A stretch of 64,000 nt of DNA from Thalia democratica. Lineage: Eukaryota. The stretch lies in the NCBI GenBank assembly GCA_965202585.1, contig CBDBBG010000166.1, forward strand, positions 1-64,000, read 5' to 3'. A program made the translations under genes and the position numbers. Every line of letters starts with the position of its first letter. Positions within the stretch are counted from its first letter, which is position 1. This document shows positions 1-12,600 of the stretch, piece after piece. The notes beneath the pieces are model-generated. The model worked only from the letters and a program-made list of their open reading frames with translations. It ran no database searches and was not told where the DNA came from.

Positions 1-611
1 GCACTGAGTGCTTCCCTTCTCGTTTGAAGCCAGCACCTTGTATGTACCCGAGTTCGAAGTCGCTGATTGGCTTATTATCAGGCATCCCGCTTCGTTCCCA
101 TCGCTGATCACCTCAATTTTGTCCTTCATCGGTTCGACGGGTTCGTTGTTCCTGAACCACTGAACGCTCGTTTCGCAGCTGCTCGGCTTGAGGGTGTAGA
201 CGAAGTGCGCGGGTTGGCCCTCCGCGACGCAGCAATCAGAGATCGTCTTTAGAAACTCCGGAGGTTCAGTTTGAAAGCTTTTGTTATCATCTGTAGCTTT
301 TTTGTTGGTCTTTATTTCCTCCCTGATCACGGTCTTGATCCTGTCGGACCAGTTCTCGGTGAGCGCCATTTTGTACAGCGGCTCGTCCTGGCTCGCCACC
401 GAGTCCGACTCGACTTCGTCGTGTTTCCTCTTCGCGTCGCCCTCGTGCGATGATTTAGTTAGCTGCTGAATTGACTTGGAAAATAAATTGACCGCATGGT
501 GGCCTCCCTTCATCACCATGGACGGGTGGCTCATCAGCACATCTCTGGTGACAGAGGAGCTTTGATGATCTTCTTTTGCTTCTTCTTCTTCAAGGTCATC
601 ACCGATAAGAT
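1..611 (-). CDS. TTN: Titin exon running off the window; Ig domain at about 1-255
   Basis: Open frame DLIGDDLEEEEAKED...TEPPEFLKTISDCCVAEGQPAHFVYTLKPSSCETSVQWFRNN...NSGTYKVLASNEKGSTQC; phase-1 acceptor matches 2199. Missed by the ORF track because there is no stop in the window. Confidence 0.88.
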
Positions 612-3600
612 CTATATTTGGATAAGGAGTTACTTTAAATTTTCTCGTAAAAGTTTTAGTATGATGTGCGCATTTTTTGTACTAATTTCACTGAAAAAAA
701 AAAGTTCCGCTAAGATGAAAATATTGACTGATCTGAAAGCTGAGACTGTCTAAACAAAAACATGTGACTAAACTAAAGCATCTAAGTTCTAATGAGTTTT
801 TAACAACTGTGGCGTGTTGAACTTCGAATGCAATTGAAGACTGGTTCGTATGAAATCTAAAAAAATAATACCAGTTTTAAAAACTCTATTATTTTTGTCT
901 TTTTAAGCTAACACTCAACTCTAAAACATCAAGCAAAGCAACATTGTGCACATTCGTTAGCGTTAGATCATTCCAAAAATCCAGAGTATTTAAGAAATAA
1001 AGATGACTTTGTTTATTTTAATCAGTAAAAAGTTTTCAAATATCATCAGACATAATTAAAATTTTACAAACTATTTTTTGAAGTAAAAATAATTTTTTCC
1101 TTTAATAGATATAAAAGTCAGAAAAAACTCTCTATTGTTATTGTTTGAGGAGAACCTTTGTTTTAAGAGTTTAACATGCTTACAAAATGTTTAACAAACT
1201 CTCAAATACCTTTTTGACTAGTTTTTATAAATTCATGCCGTGAAATTATAGTCTTATGGTTGAATACTGATAAAATTTGTTAGTATTACTTTGGGTTTCC
1301 AGTAACACACTAAACTATATATCGTAGTAGGCTTTTTTGATACTTAGTTTTAGAATTTATTTGTTCTATTTTACATCAGTGCCATAAGAAACACCTAATC
1401 TTAGTACGAGCGGTTTAGTTGTTATATTTTAAAAGAAACAATTGACAACAACTTAGTGGTAGTTTAAAATAAAGTTTTACAATAAATAAAAGTGTTTTAC
1501 ATAAGTTTAGAAAAAAATATACACATATAACAACAAAATAAAGCTAGTTTATGTATAACTTTATTCTATCAGTATAAGCATTCGAGTGATAAATGTTTAG
1601 TTTTGAAGACATCTATGTTCAGCATGCAAAAGTATGTTTTAATGCTAATGAAGCTCACATGTTAATATATTTTGATAAAACAGTAGTGTGTGTGAATAAA
1701 AATTAAATTTAAGTAAAACTCTATAAAAACATTTAAATGTAAAATATGCTGATGTGATTTTTTAAGTATTAACATTCTGACTTATATGTGTCAAAAATTT
1801 AAGTAAGTTAGTAAAACAAAAACAACAAAATGTATAATTAAACAAAAAATGGCTTAATTTCGATATAAAACTTAATAAATATAAACAAAAAGCATTTGTG
1901 ATACACAAAAACGTTTGACAAAAATCATGCATAGTTATTTTTGTAACTAAAGCTTTTATTCCAGCTGGTAAAACTGACATTTGAAATAAATGTACATTAC
2001 AAAAATCTATTTTTTTAAATACTTTTTTCATTACTAAACTACTTTTAGTTGTAAAATATTTTTGGTATTCTTAGCTTATGGTTTTTTACCGAAAAAATTC
2101 GAGGTACAGTGAAAACTTTTATATTAAGACAAAATTTGTAAAACTTCAAAAATAAAAGTGCAATATTTATTTTAAACTTATTTTAGGTTTTTACTTACCT
2201 TTTTTAACAGTTTTTTGATTTTTTACTCTAACGTCAAAAGTTTGTTTAAAAAGTTGTTTTTTATCACCTTCAGCAACAAAAACGTATTTACCAGTGTGTT
2301 CAGTTTGAAAGTTATTTATTGTCAATGAATGTGAATTTTCATCTATCTTATTGGACAGCTGAATATTGTTTCTTACTTTATCGCCGTTTTTTCGTCCAAT
2401 TGCACTTTTCTGGTTTTATTTGTTTTAAGCAAGGACACAAGACTAACTTTTCTCCAAAAGTCCCGAAAACTTTTTCAGTCAGTTTATCGTTTACCAACTT
2501 GTCTTTTTTACTATTAGAACTTTTCCTTGACAAACTAACGACACCATTAGATTCGTCACTGGACGAAACTGCCATATCAGCTACCAAGGTAGTGCAGCTG
2601 GAAGTTGAAATGTCACTAGATGAGCTGCTGAGGAGAATTGATAACTGTTTGCTCGACTCATCGTCTGTAAAAATGTCGCAAGTTCCGTCCAAAAACGAAA
2701 TGTCTTTGGTGGCAATAGTGTCGCAGTCTGAAAACACGCTCGTGTCGTTGCTGCCTGCAGGAGATTTGTCGCCTTGATGCGTTGAGGCGGAAATACAGTC
2801 ATCAGCGGGAGATGTGTCAACTAGATGCGTTGAGGTAGACGCGCAGTCATTAATGACGATCTTAGGAGCGTCTGTTTGAGATGGGACCTTATCTAAACCA
2901 CTTGCTTTAAGGTCGTCGTCACTCAATGTTTTGTTTTGACGCGTTGAGGCGGAATTGCAGTCATCAATAACGATCTTTGGAGCGTCTGTTTGACTCGCAT
3001 AGGGCATCTTGTCCGTGTAACCACTTGTCTTAGGTGGATTTATTTCAATCGGTATATTGTCCATCGAACCACTTGTTTTAGGCTCCGCGATGCTCAAAGC
3101 TTCGAACACGGCGTCGTTGTCCAGCAGATCGTTCCTGCTGCTGCACCTCGTCGGCAGTTTCGTGCTGGTGCTTCGAGGGGAGAAGTTTCCGGGAATTGAT
3201 CCGTTGAAGGAGTTGAGGAAGGAACAATCTTCCGTTCCCACCGTTTCGCAGTCAGAAAACATGCTGATCGTAGTTGATTCGTCCAAGTTATCACCACTCT
3301 GTTTCTTAAGTCTGTCTTCCGAAACTTTTTCACTGTTGCTTTTATCGGAAGAGAGATCGTTCAAATCTAGCTTGGGCAGTCGTTCCTTGTCATTCGGAGC
3401 TAGCTTGTTTCTAGTACGCGTTTTCAACTGCCTGCTCTTGTGGCTGTTGCTTCTGATTTTGGGCTTCAAAGGGTACGAACGCCTTTTTTTTGGCTTAAGT
3501 TCTTCCACACTTTCCTCTCTTATTGATTCATCTTTGCTTGGTATCGGCAGGCTTTTGCTCAAGTCGTCTTTTTTAACTCCCAGTGAAAATTTGGTGGTAA

Positions 3601-6600
3601 TATTTCCTTCTTCGTTTGAGACAGTGACTTTGTATTCGCCGCTGTAGTATTTTTGAAACTTTTTAAAAGTCATTACTGCGTCATAAGAGAACATTTCCCT
3701 GTTCAGCTCGATTCTTCTCATTATTTCAGTATCAAACTGTAGAAAAAATTGAAATTTTGAGTCAAATTTAAAACAAAGATTTATTGAGTTTATTTTAACA
3801 CTAAGTAAAAAAGTCATTTTTTGTAGTCTTTAACGACTTTAATGAAAAAGCCAAGTATATTAAAATTAATGACTTCTTACTTTTACACTATATATTACTT
3901 TTTCTTATTTCTAATATAAAACTTTTAATTACATTTTTAACTCATTCCATAAAAACTACGACAGGCATAAATATATTCGACTTTATATGTTTAAAATCAT
4001 TTTTTAAATGTTTATAAATATATTTATTGAATGATAATTAACAACTGCTAGCTAGTAACCTTTTCATCGTTAAAATACCACTCGACAATCGGTTTTGGAC
4101 TGGCAACAAACGTGCACTTAATTCTGAACCTTTCATCTACTGGAACGTCGTATGAGCGTTTTGGCTTGATGAGAAACGCCGGTTTGACGTTGTTCGCTTT
4201 TGATCTGGCTTTAGCAACTGGCCTGAAAAGGTTTTATTATTCAAATTTTTATTTTTTTATAAAATCATTATCTTATAAACTTATTTATAAAATACTGTTT
4301 CACTTAACTAATATTTGTTATTAACGACATTCTAAATTACAATAAATAGTCGAAAATCGATATAAAATTTATAGAAACACTAAGCTTAGCTTAAGTTTAC
4401 AAACTATATGTTTTGTAATTTAGTCAAAATGTTTTGTGTACAAACTTGGCTACGTCAAGTGTTTCTTTGAGGGTAGGATCAATGTAAAAATGATAGATCT
4501 TTGCTCCGTACTTTAAATCGAGATTGTGTAAGTTGATACTTGATGTTTTATCTGTTATTATTGATAACATTGTGTTTAAAGTAACAAATATGATTGTAAG
4601 TGTATTGTATTTATATAAATATTTTAATTTAAAAAAGTTGAGATAGTTTAATTTGATTTATTGTAATGCTTATATTTATATTTATGAGTAATACTAGTTT
4701 TATTTTAAATCACATCAAGAAAACATATAAAGTTGTCTACAGATTTAGAATAGAGAGTAATTTAAAAAGAAACGTTGTAAAAATCTCACCTTAAAAATGG
4801 TAGCAGGAGAAATTGAAACAGAAACGAGGAAGAATTAATTGTGCATTTGATTGTCGTTGAAAGGGGTAAAAAAATTCAAACTTTCGATAAAATTTGTGTC
4901 AAAAATAAAAGAAACGAATAAAGCTGTCTTTAACTAAATCAAACTATGCTGAAATCTAACATCTTTTAACAGTCTACTTTTTATTAACTGCAGTGCGAAT
5001 CAAACAAGCTAATTTTCTAAAGTACCTTTTTTCTGTTGAAATGCAAAGAAAAGAAAAAACAACTAGAGAAACAAAACAAATAAAGTAACATATTATTTTA
5101 AAAGTCGCATAATAAGCACAAAAATGAGAAATATAAAAAGTAAAAAATATATGTATTGTTTATGGACTTAGAAGGTTTTATTTAAAGATATTATTAAGTT
5201 TTAAATAATTATAGTTGTCTATAATATTATTTATAAAATCACTACTTATACATGTATTCTTACCGTCTTCATTATCTTTGGTTTCTGATTTTCTTAAACT
5301 TTCTTCTTCTGTTGAAATTTAATTTTGTTAAATTGTTTTAAGTACAATAGTAATAAATATTTTTGCAAAATTGAATACAAAAATAGTATGACTCCATTGA
5401 AATATATACAAGAAACACTGCAAAATAAAACTAGAATGAAATGAAAACGAATGTTTATATTATAATTAGTTGCGTTTTTTTTTCTCATGCTAACTTTAGA
5501 ATTGTTCTGTTTATGCACGTTTTAATGAAACTGCTGAAACACACATATACTTGAAATAAACAAGCAAAATTAAAGTCTCTTAACAGCAAAAGAAGAAAAA
5601 CTTAAAGTAAACTTAAACACAATAAAATGAAATCACTGTTGAACTTCTCCTTATGAATAATTCTTATTTGAAAAAACAGTATTCTATCCATAACAAAATA
5701 AATAAATTTTAAAACTGTTTGGAAGTAATATTATAAACATGGCTCACTCCAATTTGCTTCAAGATTTAAAAAGTCTTTAATAAAAGCATAGCAGCAAACC
5801 ATGAGTAGAATGATAACTTTTTTGTAAAAAAATAACACAAAATGTATGTAAAATAGCATGAAAGGAAACTTTTAATTTTAAAACCACATTTAAGCGAACC
5901 AAAACAGGACTTTTGTTATTTGAATATAATGCCTGTATCAACCTGCAGTCTGAATTGATTCTAAACTTTTGATCAGAAAATTTGTGTTTCCGACTTTACA
6001 CGATTTTCGCGCGTGAACATCCTGTAATGTTCACAACACCCTTTTTGCATTATGAACCTTGGTTGAAAAACAAAAAAAATTGAAACAAGATTATTTAAAA
6101 TAAGGTGAAACAAGTAGTTATCAAAAATGACCTTCAGCAAACCAAAGCATGAATTTGAGTAACTTTTGTATCAGGCATACACGACTGTATTATGTACACA
6201 CACAAACTAATGTTCTTTATTTTGCATTGGTTTGATTTTTTTCCACGCATGAACACAAAGTTTAAGCAATGAATCTGCACTCCTCTCCACAAATGGACCT
6301 TGAGGTGCAAAAGCTCATGTTGATGATATCTTCACGCATGAGTTCACACGCCACCCTCTCACACTTCGATGATATCTTCACGCATGAGTTCACACGCCAC
6401 CCTCTCACACTTCGATGATATTTTCACGCATGAGTTCACACGCCACCCTCTCACACGCTGATGATATTTTCACGCATGGAGTTCACACGCCACTCTCCCG
6501 TCACCTCGGTCGAAGAACACGTGGGTGCTCGAGCTGGCCACCTCGCCCCCGAACTCGTCCCGCCCCACGCACGTGTACACCCCGCTCATCTCCGCCCCGC

Positions 6601-9600
6601 CTCCCCTCGCCTCCAGCCGCGCCCGCGTGTCCCCGTCCTCCGTCTTCCACGACGACTTCCTGAACAGCTTCGGGTTCAGCGGCTCGCCGTCCCTCCGCCA
6701 CTCCACGGAGGAAGAGCCGGACATGACGCACTCCAGCCGCACGTCCTTCTCGTTCAACGTGGGCGATTCCACGGGCCGGAGCACGGACGGGGGTCGGTCC
6801 GAGGATGAGGACCGCTGCTGCCAGTACGACTTTCTCTTTTCTGTGGGAAGGTTGATAAATGAAGTCAAGGCATTTTTGAAACAAACAGTTGTTCGTTTTA
6901 GTATAGGTAGTATTAATGTTTGAGTGCATCAGTACAAAAAATATTACTTTTTTTATTTTAATGTAAACCAGCTTGAGTTTCTTGAAATAACTGTAACTTT
7001 AAATACGGTCAGCTTAATTTTCTTTAGAAAAAATCGTTTCTTCTATACATATTTAAAACAAAGTAACATAAAAAAAATATTAGGGAAAAAATAAAAAAAG
7101 GTATCGACAAAATAATTTTGAACAAACAAGCCATCTTTTATGTAACGTTTATAAAACAAATATTGAGAAAGCTCCCACTAACCGACTCTGAGCGTTGCTT
7201 CGCAGCTCGCCGACCCGTGAGTGTTGCAGACCCAGCACTTGACGCTGCACCCGTCATGCTCCTTCCTGTTCGGCCGCTCTACGATCAGCGTGTGCACCCC
7301 GCACACGTCGTCGACCAGGATCGAGTATCCCACCTGAGCCGGCCTCACCTCTGTCTCGTTGACGGTCCACCTGACCAGCCCCAACCCTTCCACCTGGCAC
7401 GTGAACTCGGCCGCTTCGGACTCGAAGCACGATTGCGCGGTGAGGGACTTTTTGAAGCACGGCGCGAAGCTTTCCGGCGCCCTGGTCGGCTTGGGGGTGA
7501 CGGGGTAATCCCCGATGACGGAGAACTCAACGGTGGACAGGCTGTCTTGGGACTGCATGTTCATGCTGACGCCCTGCCACAGCTCCTCCTCGCAGTACTC
7601 CACCTTGCTGGGAGTGGACACGTAGCTCTGACCGCATTCGCTCTCGTCCGTTACTTCGTCGATCTCAATGAAGCTCTGCTGAGACTCTTCAACGACAATC
7701 TCCTCGTCGCTTTGCTGCGTCACAATCGGTTCTACTTCCTTTTCGATTGCTTTTTCATAACGATCTTTGCTTTCCTCTGTCTTTATATCAGTTTTTGCTG
7801 TTTCAATTTTCGATTTGTTTTTTGTCTTTTTTAATTTCCTAGACTTTTTTCAGGGTGCTAGATTGGTCTTGTTTAACTGTATAGCTACTCTCTATATGTG
7901 TTTTATTTGAACTTTTATTTTCTAATGAAATTTTTTCATCACGTGTACTAGTTTTCAATCTAGCTGCACTTTCTGAAGATTTATTGGATTGTACAACATC
8001 TTTTTTGGTTTTTATTTTTTCTGTGTTTTTTAAGTTTTTTGAAGAAGTTTTGTTTTTGTTTGACTTTAATTTTTTTGACGACTTTTTGGTTGCTTTAACC
8101 TTTTTCTTCTCAGTTTTGTTTTCTTTGCCAGTTTTAGTCACTTCAGATGCCTGGGCTATTTTATCACTCTTCTTAATATGTTGCTCATTTTGAGAAAGCG
8201 AAGTTTCTTTTTCTAAAACAGAGGTATTACTTTCAACAAACTGCTGCTTGGCCTCCTTGAAAGCCGAAAGCGCGTCGACCGATCTTTTTTCTTCGACTTT
8301 TTCCCTGTCTTCCTTCTGCAATCCCATCGACGACCTCTTCAAGGACTCCATCTCGCTCTCTGCTTTCGCGGTGTCAGTCAGCTTGCTCTCGCTCGCCGCG
8401 CCCTCCAACCTCTCGTGCTTGCTCCTTTCCTTCCTGAAGTTGTGCGTCCTGTAAACTTCTTCCTTTCCACCGACGTCAGCGACGAAGATTCTCGCAGGTC
8501 CTTGTCGACTTCGCTGAAAGAAGACTCCCTGTTCGTTTCAATCGTTGAAGATTGCGTTTCTCCTTCGAACCTGGACGTGCTCGAGTCGCGCGACCTGAAC
8601 CGCTGCTCGCTGGCGTCCCTCGACCGCAGCCCGCTCCTGATCTGCGCCAGGCTCCTCCTGTTGGCCTCCTCCGTGTCGTCGACGACCCTCTTGTCTTTTT
8701 GCACCGCCTTCAAGTTCTTCAGCGCCACCAAGGACTCGTTCCTCCGCTTCGCCTTCGAGTACCTCGCCAGCTCCACCTGCTCCTCAACCTGCTGGTTCGA
8801 CCTGCCGGACGTTCGGCCCCTCTGCCGCCCTCCTGAAGGTTTCGGAGGCAGCGTCTGGTCGGCTTCCCGGCCTCGAGTCGCTTTCCTTCCTGCGCAGTTT
8901 CGGCCTCTCGGTTGTTTTCGACTGCCTGACCAGCTTTTTACCGGATTTGTTCGCTTTTTTTGAAATTTTCGACTCGGAAGATTTTGTTTTGTTTTTAACT
9001 GAGGACTTTTTGCTTGAGCTTGATCTTTTTATTTTGCTTGTCAAACTGCTTTCAGCCGTGCTTTTGCTCACTGATTGGTCCTTTGTTTTCATCAATTTTT
9101 CAGTTTTTTTCTTGAGATCAACAGCAGTTGTTTCATTTTTAATTGATGTCTCTTCAATAGAAGTAGCTATTTTATTAATCAAACTTGCTTTATCACTTTT
9201 TGAAGCTTGTTCGTATTTGCTGTTATTTTTATTAGAGCTTTGTTCTTTATCTTCAGATATTTTACATTGCTCTGACTGTTTGTTTTTCTTTTTTGCAACT
9301 AGATTCAAACTAATCTCGTCATTTTTTGTACTGCTATGTACCTTGCTATTAACCAAATTATTAAAATTGTTGCTTTGTTTACTTTGATTATTCTGTTCAT
9401 TTGTTTGAGCATTTAAACTAGCATTTTTTGAAGTAAGATTAGAGGGAGCATTTGAGTCTGAAGCTTTTTCGTCTTTTATTTTATTTTCAGTTAACTGATT
9501 ATTTGCTTCTTTAAAACTTTTAATTATAGACTCTTGCTTTTTCAAGCTGTCGTTAAGTGCTTCAGATATACCATCTTTTATACTTTCTGATTTTGTTTCA

Positions 9601-12600
9601 CAAAGTTTGATTAAAGCTTCTAATTCGTCTAGCTTATTTTTTGCCTCCTTATTTTCTATTATCAAAGTCATCTTTAAAAGCACTGTCATTATTTTCAAGT
9701 TTTAAACTTTCACAATTGTCTTCAATATGAGAATCAAAAGTGCTTAAACTGTCTATGTTAGATTTATTTGCATTCTTTTGTTCAATGGTTTTTTCTGACT
9801 CATACAATTTATTATCTATGTTTTTATTAACATTAAAATCATGTGTGTTCTTGTTGCATTCAAAAGCATTTTCTGAGGTATTTAGTTTGTTATTTGAATT
9901 TATATCTATATTAAACATGTTTAAATTATTGTGTTGTTCAAAAGCATTTTCTGACTCATTTAATTTAATTTTGGACACTTTATCAACATTTGAACTGTTT
10001 GTACTTTTATGTTTTTCAAAAACACTCTCTGACTCGTTTAGTTTATTTTCTAAATTTTCATTTACATAAAAGTCATTTGTTTTATCAAATTGTTCAAAAG
10101 CTTTATTTGATTCATTAAGTTTTTGTTTCCAAGTTTGTATCTGTATTTACATAATCTGTATTTTCTCTGTTTTCTGTGCTAGTATTTGAAATGTTATAAA
10201 CGTCATCTAAGTTATCACTACTGGGTGTTCGCCCCGGCGACTCAGTATCTTGTCTTGAGAAATCGTCCAAATCATTCTCAAAAGTAAGATCTTCTAAAGA
10301 TGCCGGGGCCCCGAAGTTTCCCAGCAGACGGTTGTTTGGACGCTTTCTACCTGACAACACGTCACGTGACTCCTCTTATACCACCTGATTGGCTCTGCTG
10401 CTTCCTCTGCTGCTCCTCGACGAAGCTCTTCATCTGCCTCCGGTCGCCCCACAGTCGCCAGGTAGTCCCGCTTCATCTGCCGCATCTTGCTGCTCACGCT
10501 CTCTTCCTTCGCTTCCGCCCTCTCCTCCTTCCTGCCGATCACCGGCTGCCTCACCTCCTCGGCCACCTCCTTCAGCTCCTCCTCCCCGACAAACACCATC
10601 TCGAAGCCCCTCCTGCGCGGGTTACACCTCCTCCGCCACCCCTCCTTGAGCGAGCTCGACACGCTGTCCGACCTGACGCAGTCGCACGTCTCCGGCCTCC
10701 TCCGCGCGTCGAGGTCGTACGCGAGCTTGGAAGGAGGCCGCTGCATGGTGGAGGAGGAGCAGATCGAAAACGTGTCGTCGTCCGACATCAGGTTCTTGAT
10801 CTCGTCCACCGACTGCTGCGAGTCGGCTATGGAGCTCATTTCGTCGTACCTCCGCTCGTGCGTTTTCGTCGTGGCGGCGGGGGGCACGACTCCGCCAAAG
10901 TACTCCATGTTGATCCTGCGCAGCTCCTGCTTCTTCTTCTCCTTGCTCCTGGCTCGAGACTCTTTCTTGTCGTCCGACTCGGCGAAGACTATCTCGAAGG
11001 CGCGCGTCCTCGGGTTCCAGCGGCGCTTCTGGGTGAAGACGTCCGACCCGCTGGGGCGACTGCGTCCTTATGCAGTCGGTGGAGGCCGGCCGCTTGTAAG
11101 GGTTCACCAGTTTTTCCAGGTCGACGTCGTTCAGCTCGGTTATCCTGGCGCGGTCCTTGTCGTCCTCTATCATCCAGCCCTCCTCCACCTTGAACTCGGT
11201 CCTCGGCATGGGCTCGTTGATCAAATCGCCCCTGTTCTCGTGCTGATCCTGCTTGACGGTCGACACGAACTTTTCCCCCGTCGCCGGGTTGTACACCTCG
11301 TAGCTGATCCTCTCCTGCTTCGTCTGCAGCTTCTTGCCGTCGCCCTGCTGCTTGATCCGCGTCGTGGTCGTCGTCTCCGTCGTCTCCACCAGCACGATCT
11401 TGTCTCCTCGTCGCCCAGCGCTTTCTCCTTGATGCCGGTGTGGTCCTCGGGCGGCAGCGGCATCGTGCTCCTGTCGTACTTCAGGTGGTCCAGGGCGCTG
11501 TTCTTCAGGTTGTCCCTCAGCGACTTCCTCCTCTTCCTGGTGACGACGTCCTCGTACACGCTCTCCTCGGTAACGTACACCGACGGCTTGAACTCCTCCA
11601 CCTGCCGCTCGTCCAGCGACTCGGTCGGCGTCGTCTGCGTCTCGATCTCGTGCCTCCCCACCACGCTGCTCTCCTCCTCTTCCAACACCTCCTCGTACAA
11701 GGACTCGTCCTCCGACTGCGCCGACGACCGCTCGAACATCAGCTCCTTCTTCTCGGCCGACTTGTACTTGACGGGCTGCGGCTTGGGAAAGGTGAAGACC
11801 ATGGGAGGCGGGGTGCGACGCTCCTTCAGCATCAGCTTGAACTCGGACCTGGAAATTTCGGGAGGAGCTTTCGGCTTTTCCTCTTCCTCGGGCTTTTTCT
11901 TCGTCGGATGAGAATTCCAGCGCCTTCGTCAGCTGCTTCTCCTGGTTCAGGTTCTCGTTGACCGTTTCGACTTCTTTTTCTTCTTCGATTTTCTTCCGGT
12001 TCGGCCGACACGGGTCTTCCCACTTGCGCGCTGAACAGCGAAGGAGTTATGGCTCCGTGGCCTCCTCTTATCTTCATGCTCATCACGCTCCTGCTCCTCT
12101 CCTCCTCTTCCTCCCGCACGTCGAAGGGAATCTCGTAGTCGGCCTGAGCGTTCAGGGAGTATTGAGAAAGGACGCTCTGGCTGTTCTGCTGCCTCTCGTT
12201 GCTCCTGAACATGATGTTTGACGGGAGAAAGGGCTCTCGTCTCCCGCATCGTCGCCGTCACCTCGCTGCGGTGCGATTCTCTTCGGTAGGGACTCGGAGA
12301 CCTGCCTGCGTGGACGTTAAAGAGGGGCGGTGTCTGAAAGAGAACTCTTCTTTGCTGCTCCTTCTGGTGGTGTGACGCATCTTCGTCTCCCATTATGACG
12401 TCACGCGCCTCCTGGATCGACTTGTGCAGCTCGTTGTAAAGAGCCTCCTCGTCGAACGCGCGCTTCTCGAGAACCACCGTGGAAACCGGTGGGGAGGGAG
12501 ACCTGCTTGACACCTTCAGGCGGATCTCCTGCCTGCTTTCCACCTCGCTCCTACCCCCCTTCCTGAACATCCTCAAACCTGGCGAGGGCGTCCTTCCAAC

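Noticed and set aside
750-2190. Short AT-rich ORFs in introns (e.g. 1762-2031, 5294-5518, 16059-16262, 42971-43171, 56545-56751, 57268-57543)
   Set aside because: F/L/K/I-rich chance ORFs with no splice context or domain motifs.
2378-2380. Apparent titin stop codon (WTKKRR*)
   Set aside because: Removing one A from a 6-A run restores a complete Ig half and a consensus donor, so it is not a true terminus.
10300-11961. Long plus-strand ORFs (474 aa, 297 aa, 173 aa) and similar ones at 7118-7834, 8415-8963 and 30805-31626
   Set aside because: Antisense shadows of GC3-biased or low-complexity minus-strand titin coding sequence; no domain-like content.
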